Below are positions 56,791-64,000 of a stretch of 64,000 bases of DNA, in pieces. Source of the DNA: Hyphomonadaceae bacterium (GTDB taxonomy: Bacteria > Pseudomonadota > Alphaproteobacteria > Caulobacterales > Aquidulcibacteraceae); assembly GCA_009773395.1 (NCBI GenBank), contig WRPI01000007.1:118326-182325 (forward strand). Direction: 5' to 3'. Below the pieces are notes generated by a model. The model was not told the DNA's origin and made no database searches. It was given only the letters and a program-made list of their open reading frames with translations. The stretch's first letter is position 1, and every line of letters begins with the position of its first letter. The position numbers and the translations under genes were made by a program.

Positions 56791-57853
56791 GCCACTGCGT
56801 GTCATCGACACTGGCCTTTTGCAAGGGCGCATGAATATTGCGATTGATGCGGCAATGTTGGAATTGCGGCAGGCTGATATTATCGGCGATAGTTTGCGCT
56901 TTATTCATTTCGAGGCAACCGCACTGGTTGGACGCCATCAGGCACTTCATCAAGAAATCAAGGTGGATCATTGCAAAGCCAATGGGGTAGGAATTGGTCG
57001 CCGTGTAACTGGCGGCGGGGCGATTTATCTTGACCCAAAGCAATTAGGTTGGGCTTTAATATTAAAGCGCAATTCGCTTGCCGTGCAGGGCTTAGGCGAA
57101 ATTACCAAAGCAATATGCGAAGCGGCAGCTTTTGGGCTCTCAAAATTGGGAATTGATGCCCGCTTCAGGCCGCGCAATGATATTGAAGTTGCGGGGAAAA
57201 AAATTTCGGGCACAGGCGGTTTTTTTGACGGCGATGTTTTGATGTATCAAGGGACGGTACTGATTGACCTTAATCCAAGCGATATGGTGGCCGCATTAAA
57301 TATGCCGATTGCCAAAGCATCGCGTGAAGGCGAAACCGATCAAGCGGCGCGCGTTACAACCCTTAAACAGCTATTGGGGCAAGCTCCCACTCATGTTGAA
57401 GTGATAGCAGCCTTGACGCAAGGATTTGCCGAGAAGTTAAATTTTTTACCAAACCATGAACCGCCCTCCCCCGAAGAATTGGCATTGGCGCAAAAATTAT
57501 ACGCGGAAGAAATCGGCACTGATGAGTTTGTTTATGAAATTGACGAACCTTGGCGCGAAGCTGGTATTGGCATCGGAACTTGTAAATCGGCTGGCGGTGC
57601 GGTTACCGCTTATTTGCGCAAAGATGGGCCCAAAAATTCAACAATCCGCGAAGTGATTTTCGTCGGTGATTTTTTTGTTGCTCCGCCAAGATTGGTTTAT
57701 GATCTTGAAGCCCATTTAAGGGGCACGAAAATTGATAACATAGCGCAAGCCATAAATGAATTTTTCGCAATTTCTGGCAATCAGGGGCTTTTATCAATAA
57801 CAGCGGATAATTTTATTGAAGCGCTCACAAACGCCGCGGAAAACCAAAACTAA
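56783..57853 (+). CDS. Lipoate:protein ligase, sLpl(AB) type
   Basis: GRHQ, RRVTGGGAIY, NDIEVAGKKISGTG, QGTVL, and a C-terminal accessory domain with GDFF. Confidence 0.92.
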   Translation: MNRPLRVIDTGLLQGRMNIAIDAAMLELRQADIIGDSLRFIHFEATALVGRHQALHQEIKVDHCKANGVGIGRRVTGGGAIYLDPKQLGWALILKRNSLAVQGLGEITKAICEAAAFGLSKLGIDARFRPRNDIEVAGKKISGTGGFFDGDVLMYQGTVLIDLNPSDMVAALNMPIAKASREGETDQAARVTTLKQLLGQAPTHVEVIAALTQGFAEKLNFLPNHEPPSPEELALAQKLYAEEIGTDEFVYEIDEPWREAGIGIGTCKSAGGAVTAYLRKDGPKNSTIREVIFVGDFFVAPPRLVYDLEAHLRGTKIDNIAQAINEFFAISGNQGLLSITADNFIEALTNAAENQN

Positions 57854-58548
57854 TGAAAACCATAAACGTAATTCAGCATACATCGGCGGATTATTTGGGT
57901 CTGCTTGAAGACCATTTAGAGGGGCGTAAAATTGGCTTTTCTTATTGCCGCCCATTTGCCGAAGGCGCAACTTTGCCGCGCTTAAGTGATGTCAAAGACG
58001 GCATAATGTTTTTGGGAGGTGGGCCATGGGGCACTGCGGGGGTACGCGATATTCCAAGTCTCAAAAAAGAAATTGAGCTGTGCCGACATTGCCTTTTGGC
58101 CAATAAAATTATCATTGGCATTGGCGCAGGCGCACAAATATTGGCAATTGCTGCGGGTGGCGCGTCCGTGGCCAGCCCACTTGAATTTACTACAGGCATT
58201 GGAAGCCGCGTGCAAGGCGACGCACTTAACGGCTATCTCGATGCCAGTTTTCCATATGTGCTTTATGGCCGCGATTGGCCAGTGCCGCCCGATTATGCAC
58301 AGGTTTTGGCAATTGATGAAACTGGCCGCACGCTGGCATTTCAATTGGGCGAAACCGCGTTTGGCTTTGTGTTTCACCCTGGGATGAAATTAGCGATGGC
58401 CGAGGATTTGATTATGGAATTTGATGAAATCCCAACCGAGACCGCGCCGCAATTATTAAACCTTCAAAACATGAAGCGCGAAATCGAAGACAATTTGGTT
58501 AGGTTTATGACGGGCCTAATTCAAAAAACTGGCTTGATGCGCCATTAG
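57853..58548 (+). CDS. lipX: Class I glutamine-amidotransferase-like protein (LipX), triad degenerate
   Basis: GATase fold cues (LGGGP, GIGAGAQ, FVFHPG); sits between the ligase and dsrE3 as in described sHdr clusters. Confidence 0.75.
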   Translation: MKTINVIQHTSADYLGLLEDHLEGRKIGFSYCRPFAEGATLPRLSDVKDGIMFLGGGPWGTAGVRDIPSLKKEIELCRHCLLANKIIIGIGAGAQILAIAAGGASVASPLEFTTGIGSRVQGDALNGYLDASFPYVLYGRDWPVPPDYAQVLAIDETGRTLAFQLGETAFGFVFHPGMKLAMAEDLIMEFDEIPTETAPQLLNLQNMKREIEDNLVRFMTGLIQKTGLMRH

Positions 58549-58575
58549 ATTTTAACCGCAACTGTATTTTTGTAT

Positions 58576-58591
58576 ATTAGTTGTTACGAAT
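58576..58591. promoter_or_regulatory. Candidate sulfur-regulon operator upstream of dsrE3
   Basis: ATTA-GTTGTTAC-GAAT. Confidence 0.5.
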
Positions 58592-58688
58592 ATGCTACTT
58601 TACGCTTGACCTTTGGTAAAAACCGCGCAAGACTGTTTCCAATTACGATTGGGCAAACAGACCCAACTTTTTCTACAGGGAGGCCTTA

Positions 58689-59069
58689 ATGGCATCAAAG
58701 CTAATAATAGTTATGGCGAATACTGACCCGAAAAACGGCGAAGAATTGGGCGCGCCATTTTTTCAAGCCACAGTTGCCGCCGCAATGGATTACGAAGTTG
58801 AAGTAATTTGCACTGCAACATCGGGTATATTGATGAAAAAAGGCGTTGCTGAAAATCTTTTCGTAAAACCCGGTTCACCAAAATCAGTTTATGAATTTAT
58901 CAAAGACGCGCATGGCGCTGGCGTGAAATTTAGTTGCTGCTCACCAAATTTGGATTTGTTTGAAATGGGCGTTGAAGACCTCATTCCTGAATGTTCAGGG
59001 ATTGTTGGCGGCGCTTATTTGATTGAAGAAATCATGGAAAATGATGACGCAAGGGTGCTTACTTATTAA
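58689..59069 (+). CDS. dsrE3: DsrE3-type sulfurtransferase
   Basis: GAPFFQATVAAAMDYEVEV...GVKFSCCSP...GIVGGA; directly precedes shdrC1. Confidence 0.88.
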   Translation: MASKLIIVMANTDPKNGEELGAPFFQATVAAAMDYEVEVICTATSGILMKKGVAENLFVKPGSPKSVYEFIKDAHGAGVKFSCCSPNLDLFEMGVEDLIPECSGIVGGAYLIEEIMENDDARVLTY

Positions 59070-59074
59070 GCGCC

Positions 59075-59090
59075 ATTACCGATTTTGAAT
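59075..59090. promoter_or_regulatory. Candidate sulfur-regulon operator upstream of shdrC1
   Basis: ATTA-CCGATTTT-GAAT. Confidence 0.4.
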
Positions 59091-59120
59091 TGAAAATATT
59101 CCAATATCAGGAAATAATTC

Positions 59121-59858
59121 ATGCACCATAGTTCAAGAGTACAAAAACAAATCGGCGATCCTGTAAGCGATACGCCAATTTTGCCGCGCGCGAAATTGCA
59201 AGAAATTTTTGACGATATTCAAAATGATATGCGCTTTGATCACGAGCTTAATGGCTGCTTGAATTGCGGCATTTGCACCGCCACCTGCCCGGCTGCGCAT
59301 TATTATGATTTTAGCCCGCGTGAAATTGTTCAATTGCTTTGGACTGAGAATCTCGAAGCAATTTATGATGCGATGCAAGAAAAAATTTGGGCCTGCGCGC
59401 AATGTATGACTTGTGCCGCACGATGCCCATTTGGAAATTCCCCCGGCGGTTTGATTATGATTATGCGCGAAGCTGCAATTAAGCATAATATGGAATCCGC
59501 CAAAAATGTTTTGCGCCCATTTTCGCGCGTGATGCTCAAACTGATTTCTACGGGCAATCAATTATCGCCCGATATGATTAATCCAGACCATTTTGCCGAT
59601 TGGGGCCCGAATATTTCTAAAGTCCATGCGCCTTTGGCATTATTGCGCAAGGCCATTCCAATGGCGACTTTGAACACCGTAAAAACCGCATGGGAAGTCA
59701 ATCTAAAAACCTCGGTCGAGCTTTATACAATTTGGGCCGAAACTGGGGTTTTGAACCAATTAGAAACCATTGACGAAAATCTATTCGATGTAATTTCCGA
59801 CATTATGGACGAAAAGCGTGACGATTGGTCAGATTTTCTTGATGACCAAGACGATTAA
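59121..59858 (+). CDS. shdrC1: sHdrC1, heterodisulfide reductase-like 4Fe-4S subunit
   Basis: CLNCGICTATCP and CAQCMTCAARCP ferredoxin motifs. Confidence 0.93.
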   Translation: MHHSSRVQKQIGDPVSDTPILPRAKLQEIFDDIQNDMRFDHELNGCLNCGICTATCPAAHYYDFSPREIVQLLWTENLEAIYDAMQEKIWACAQCMTCAARCPFGNSPGGLIMIMREAAIKHNMESAKNVLRPFSRVMLKLISTGNQLSPDMINPDHFADWGPNISKVHAPLALLRKAIPMATLNTVKTAWEVNLKTSVELYTIWAETGVLNQLETIDENLFDVISDIMDEKRDDWSDFLDDQDD

Positions 59859-59886
59859 TCAGGAATAAAAAAAGGGAGCGAAAATT

Positions 59887-61272
59887 ATGCAACCGACCAA
59901 TAACGGTACCGAGCGCTTTACTGGCCACGGCAGTGAATGGCGTGACAGCAATCTTAATTCCGGCGACGCGCAAATGGCGACAGCTTGGGTCGAGCAGCGC
60001 ATTGATAAGCGCTCGATGCTCACTAATAAAGACCGCGTTCAAGACGTGCGCGAAATTATGTGGCAATTGGAAAAAGAGGGTGAAATCATTGTTCATCGAA
60101 TCAATGATGAACATGACCCAGTAATGGCGAAAACTCTTTATGGTTGGGACAAGAAAATCCCGACCAACCAATTATGGCACCATAAATCATGTGGGCAATG
60201 CGGTAATATTCCTGGCTATCCCGCTTCATTGCTGTGGATGATGAACCAATTTGGCACTAAATATCTTGACGAGACTGACCAAACTTCCTGCACTGCATGG
60301 AATTATCACGGCTCGGGGATTGGCAATGTCGAAAGCCTTGCCGCAGTTATGTTGCGTAATTTCCACCAAGCCTATGTTTCGGCCAAAGCTGAAGGTAAGC
60401 CTGAAGGCTATTATTACCCACTGGTCCATTGCGGCACTTCATTTGGGAATTACAAAGAAGTTCGCGGCTATTTGCTAACTAGTGCGACATTGCGCGAGCG
60501 CGTAAAAACTATTCTTGGCAAATTGGGTCGCTTGGTTGATGGTAAATTGCTTATCCCCGAAGAAATTGTCCATTATTCGGAATGGGTGCATGTCATGCGC
60601 CGCAAAATTGCTGAGCGGCAAATTATCGACGCCTCGCAAATTCGCGCGACAATTCACAATGCTTGCCATGTCTATAAAATGATACCGCAAGACGTGATTT
60701 ATGATGATGAAGTGCTCGAAGGCGATAGGGTTGCGGTTTCGACTGGCATTATCCAGTCCTTGGGCGCGCAAATTATTGATTATTCAACTTGGTATGATTG
60801 TTGTGGTTTCGGGTTTCGGCATATTATTTCCGAACGCGAATTCACGCGTTCATTCGCAATTGACCGCAAACTAAAAATAGCAGTTGAAGAAGCCAATGCT
60901 GATATGATGATTGGTCATGATACTGGCTGCATCACTACTTTGGACAAAAACCAATGGATTGCTAAGGCCGATGGCAATAATTATGAAATGCCGATTTTGG
61001 CGGATATTCAATTTGCGGCTTTGGTCTGCGGTGCGCACCCCTATAAAATCGTGCAGTCACATTGGCACGCTTCGCCCGTTGAAAAACTTTATGACAAATT
61101 GAAAATTGACTGGCGCGCCAAAAAAACTGAATTTGAAGATTACTTAAAGCAAATTGAAGCGGGCGGCACTCGCGAAATGTTATACGACCCACGCCGCGCA
61201 ATTACTGGTGGCCCTGGCTATAATAAGACACAAGCTTTGGCGGCAGAAGCCTTTGTTCCAACCGCAATATGA
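59887..61272 (+). CDS. shdrB1: sHdrB1, CCG-domain subunit
   Basis: WHHKSCGQCGNIPGY, QTSCTAWNY, HCGTSFG, DCCGFGF, DTGC. Confidence 0.94.
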   Translation: MQPTNNGTERFTGHGSEWRDSNLNSGDAQMATAWVEQRIDKRSMLTNKDRVQDVREIMWQLEKEGEIIVHRINDEHDPVMAKTLYGWDKKIPTNQLWHHKSCGQCGNIPGYPASLLWMMNQFGTKYLDETDQTSCTAWNYHGSGIGNVESLAAVMLRNFHQAYVSAKAEGKPEGYYYPLVHCGTSFGNYKEVRGYLLTSATLRERVKTILGKLGRLVDGKLLIPEEIVHYSEWVHVMRRKIAERQIIDASQIRATIHNACHVYKMIPQDVIYDDEVLEGDRVAVSTGIIQSLGAQIIDYSTWYDCCGFGFRHIISEREFTRSFAIDRKLKIAVEEANADMMIGHDTGCITTLDKNQWIAKADGNNYEMPILADIQFAALVCGAHPYKIVQSHWHASPVEKLYDKLKIDWRAKKTEFEDYLKQIEAGGTREMLYDPRRAITGGPGYNKTQALAAEAFVPTAI

Positions 61273-61293
61273 ATTGAATAAGAGGAAAAAAAC

Positions 61294-62331
61294 ATGAGTG
61301 ATAGTGTTTTAGTTGTTGGTGGCGGCCCAGCCGGGCTTTCTGCGGCGCATGCGCTCGCATCTGCGGGTATTAAAGTTGATTTGGTTGAAAAGGCCGATAT
61401 ACTTGGCGGCGCGCCAATATTGTCAGGCTATGCCAAACTTGTGCCTTCAGGTGAATGGGCAAAAGACGCAATTGGTTCGATGGTTGATAGAGTTGTCGCC
61501 AATCCAAATATCAAAGTGCATCTGAACAGCGTGGTTCAAACATTTGATGGAAAACCAGGCAAATTTGATGCGGTTCTGAAAAACGGCACGAAAATCAAAG
61601 CTGGCGCGACAGTTCTTTGCACTGGGTTCACCCATTTTGACAGCGTGAATAAACCAGAATGGGGTTTTGGCCGCTTTCCCGATGTTGTGACGACCACCCA
61701 AGTTGAGCAAATGATTTCATCGGGCAAAGGCGTCCGTCGCCCTTCAAATGGCGAAAAACCCAAGCGGGTCGCGATTTTGCTTTGTGTTGGCTCGCGTGAT
61801 CGGCAAATTGGCCGCGAATGGTGTTCCAAAATTTGCTGTTCGGTATCGGCAAATCTTGCGATGGAAATTCGTGAAGAGCTGCCAGATTGCCATGTTTATA
61901 TTTATTATATGGATATCCGCACTTTTGGACTTTTGGAAACCAAATATTATTGGCGTTCCCAAGAAGAATTCAAAGTCAAATATATCAAAGCCCGCATCGC
62001 CGAAGTTACTGGCCGTGATGGTCAAGTTTTGGTTAAAGGCGAAGATACATTGGTAAAACGCCCAATTTCTATACCTTTTGATATGGTGGTTCACGCGGTT
62101 GGTATGGATCCAAACGTTGATAATATGCTGTTGTCATCGGTGTTTGACGTGAAGCTTGAACCAAATGGATTTGTAGATCGCAAAAACACTTATGGGATTA
62201 TGGGTGCAAGTTCGCGCGATGGGGTGTTTGTCGCAGGTTCAGCAACTGGCCCCGAGACCATTGACGATTCAATCGCCCAAGGCGCGGCGGCAGCAATGTC
62301 AGCCTTAGCTTCATTGCGAGAGATGGCATAG
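61294..62331 (+). CDS. shdrA: sHdrA, FAD subunit
   Basis: VVGGGPAG, LCVGSRD, WCSKICC, YMDIRTFG, VFVAG; short form without ferredoxin inserts. Confidence 0.94.
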   Translation: MSDSVLVVGGGPAGLSAAHALASAGIKVDLVEKADILGGAPILSGYAKLVPSGEWAKDAIGSMVDRVVANPNIKVHLNSVVQTFDGKPGKFDAVLKNGTKIKAGATVLCTGFTHFDSVNKPEWGFGRFPDVVTTTQVEQMISSGKGVRRPSNGEKPKRVAILLCVGSRDRQIGREWCSKICCSVSANLAMEIREELPDCHVYIYYMDIRTFGLLETKYYWRSQEEFKVKYIKARIAEVTGRDGQVLVKGEDTLVKRPISIPFDMVVHAVGMDPNVDNMLLSSVFDVKLEPNGFVDRKNTYGIMGASSRDGVFVAGSATGPETIDDSIAQGAAAAMSALASLREMA

Positions 62332-62339
62332 GTTTTCCC

Positions 62340-63191
62340 ATGGCTTTCAACTTCTTCAACAATAAGCAAGAGCAGTCGGAAATTGTGTTGCCCACTTTGG
62401 AATTAAGTGGCGCGGCAATTGCGCATGGGTTGAAGTTGCTATTTAATAATTGCGAAAAATCGGGCGGAATTGAAACTTTTGTTGAAGCGCTGAAGCTAAA
62501 ACAAATCGCTTTCAAGGATATTTTTTCGCGCTCAAAAATTGATATGCTTGATGCGCGCGGATTTGCTAAAATCAGCAAATTCATGCCAACTGTGCGGCGG
62601 CGGATTGGACCTTATGTGGAAACCGAGGCTTTTATGCATCTTAAAACCGCGCTGATAGGTTTGGTTTCGCCCGAGCATGATGCGAATAAAGTCGATGAGC
62701 GAATTTTGGCATTTTGCGCCAATTTCCCCGATGACAAACATCACCGTTGGGTGCGCGACTTGGCAGCGGAAGTATTGCACAACACCTATCCCGAACTATA
62801 CCCATTGATGACAAGGTGGATGTGGGATCTAAAAGCCAATACTGGCGTAATTCGTGAAATTTGGCATGGTGACATTGATAAAGTCATGATTACTGTTCCC
62901 GATAATTATGCGACTTTTCTGCAATTGCGGGCTGAATTATCAGAATATTTGCACAAAGAAGGCGTTTACAAAGACACTATTCAATATGTTGATTTGTTGT
63001 GCACCCAAATTTACGCCGATTATGTCGCCGCCCAAGGTGGTTCTTATTTGCGCGCGGATTTTTCGTCCGCCGAAGATGGCATTGGCTATTTGCTGCGGCT
63101 TTTGGGACTTGATGGTGTAAAAGCAAAAGTCGCAAATGACCAAATTCCACCTGATAATGCTGGCCTTTTACAAAATTTCAACAAGGGATAG
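62340..63191 (+). CDS. shdrH: sHdrH (conserved hypothetical between shdrA and shdrC2)
   Basis: Position in the C1-B1-A-hyp-C2 order; RWVRDLAAEVLH...PLMTRWMWD...GGSYLRADFS. Confidence 0.75.
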   Translation: MAFNFFNNKQEQSEIVLPTLELSGAAIAHGLKLLFNNCEKSGGIETFVEALKLKQIAFKDIFSRSKIDMLDARGFAKISKFMPTVRRRIGPYVETEAFMHLKTALIGLVSPEHDANKVDERILAFCANFPDDKHHRWVRDLAAEVLHNTYPELYPLMTRWMWDLKANTGVIREIWHGDIDKVMITVPDNYATFLQLRAELSEYLHKEGVYKDTIQYVDLLCTQIYADYVAAQGGSYLRADFSSAEDGIGYLLRLLGLDGVKAKVANDQIPPDNAGLLQNFNKG

Positions 63192-63197
63192 TGCGTA

Positions 63198-63959
63198 ATG
63201 GCAATTCATGAAAAACACCTAATTCGCCCTGAAAACCTCGCCACCCATGATAATTTGGTGATTGATGGCGTCGATGTATCGGGCGATTGGTCCACTTTTA
63301 TTCGCACGCGCGCAGTGTCCGATTACAATGAAGACTTGCAAGTAGAAATCGCGGCGTTACCGGGTGGTGAATATATTCATCGTTGTTGGCAATGTGGATC
63401 TTGCACCAATGCCTGCACTGTAAACGAGCTCAATCCCGATTTTAATCCAAGATATTGGATATATTTAATCCGCATGGGTTATGAATCCGAATTATTGCGC
63501 GATAAGGACATTATTTGGCAATGCGTTTCGTGCAATAAATGCACTTCGGCTTGCCCGCGCGATGTTGTGCCCGAAGGGGTGATGAAAGCAACTGCGCATT
63601 GGCTTGAACTAAAGGGCCATACCGCAACTTCGCCCTCAACTGATTTTGACGAAATTTTCGCATCACAAGTTTTCCACAAAGGCAAAATTGAAGACGGCAG
63701 CATTTTGACTGGCTTTATGAAAAGGTCAGGCCAGCCATTGATTCAAGATTGGCTGATTGAAATGATAAAGGGAATGCTACGCGATTTGCCAATTAGATTC
63801 CTATTCAATATGGGCTGGGCGACCTTATTTCACCCCAAAACCAAAAATTGGGGCAAAGCGCGCGCTGCAATCGAAGAATATGTTGCCGAGCGTGATGAAG
63901 CGCATCGTATCGCCTTGAAATTGGATAAATCTGTAGATCTTCATGGTCACCATAATTAA
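63198..63959 (+). CDS. shdrC2: sHdrC2, 4Fe-4S subunit
   Basis: CWQCGSCTNAC and CVSCNKCTSACP motifs. Confidence 0.93.
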   Translation: MAIHEKHLIRPENLATHDNLVIDGVDVSGDWSTFIRTRAVSDYNEDLQVEIAALPGGEYIHRCWQCGSCTNACTVNELNPDFNPRYWIYLIRMGYESELLRDKDIIWQCVSCNKCTSACPRDVVPEGVMKATAHWLELKGHTATSPSTDFDEIFASQVFHKGKIEDGSILTGFMKRSGQPLIQDWLIEMIKGMLRDLPIRFLFNMGWATLFHPKTKNWGKARAAIEEYVAERDEAHRIALKLDKSVDLHGHHN

Positions 63960-64000
63960 TAGCGCATTCCCAAAAGTTGTTCGACTTTTGGGATAAAATG
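63960..64000. repeat. CIR/RIME-like repeat, left arm (truncated by window edge)
   Basis: TAGCGCATT-CCCAAAAGT-TGTTCG-ACTTTTGGG-ATAAAATG, same architecture as the left arm at 13129. Confidence 0.7.

Noticed and set aside
1-64000. rRNA, tRNA, prophage or integrase-bounded genomic island
   Set aside because: No tRNA cloverleaf, rRNA signature, phage structural gene, integrase or att-like direct repeat was recognised by eye. A tRNAscan/Infernal run would confirm.

Overview
Chromosomal window from an alphaproteobacterium, most likely Caulobacterales/Hyphomonadales-like. This is inferred from gcrA, flbT/flaF, short 274-aa flagellins with sigma54/ftr promoters, GAAC-N7-GAAC LexA boxes and CIR-type repeats. 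GC looks mid-40s percent by eye (not computed). Left to right: (1) a flagellin array of three flagellins (the first cut by the window edge), flaG, flaF and flbT, interrupted by a ~600 bp element carrying a LexA-boxed GIY-YIG nuclease gene between inverted palindromic REP-like repeats; a solo copy of the repeat doublet lies at 17920-17984. (2) Housekeeping genes: moxR, gcrA, argD-argF-hslO, a clpP paralog, a hybrid histidine kinase, accA, yebC-ruvC-[GDPD lipoprotein]-ruvA-ruvB-ybgC, TPP riboswitch + cytX, gap-pgk-thiE-sel1-suhB, 6S RNA-ygfA-ymdB. (3) Catabolic/uptake modules: acyl-CoA ligase/TetR/hydrolase/TonB receptor/MFS, feoAB, and a TetR-controlled two-sulfatase module with three matching operators. 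(4) A sulfur-oxidation island: tauE, mrp, yeiH, a FadL-like channel, tusA, dsrE2, a Zn-dependent deacylase, lipS1-lipT-lipS2-sLpl(AB)-lipX, dsrE3 and shdrC1-B1-A-H-C2, continuing past the right edge. No rRNA, tRNA, CRISPR array, integrase or phage genes were seen. Best novelty candidates: the SOS-boxed GIY-YIG/palindromic-repeat element, and the sHdr/lipoate island with its extra deacylase, FadL channel, Cys-less Mrp, catalytically degenerate LipX and shared operator motif. All family calls come from motif recognition by eye; no database searches were run.
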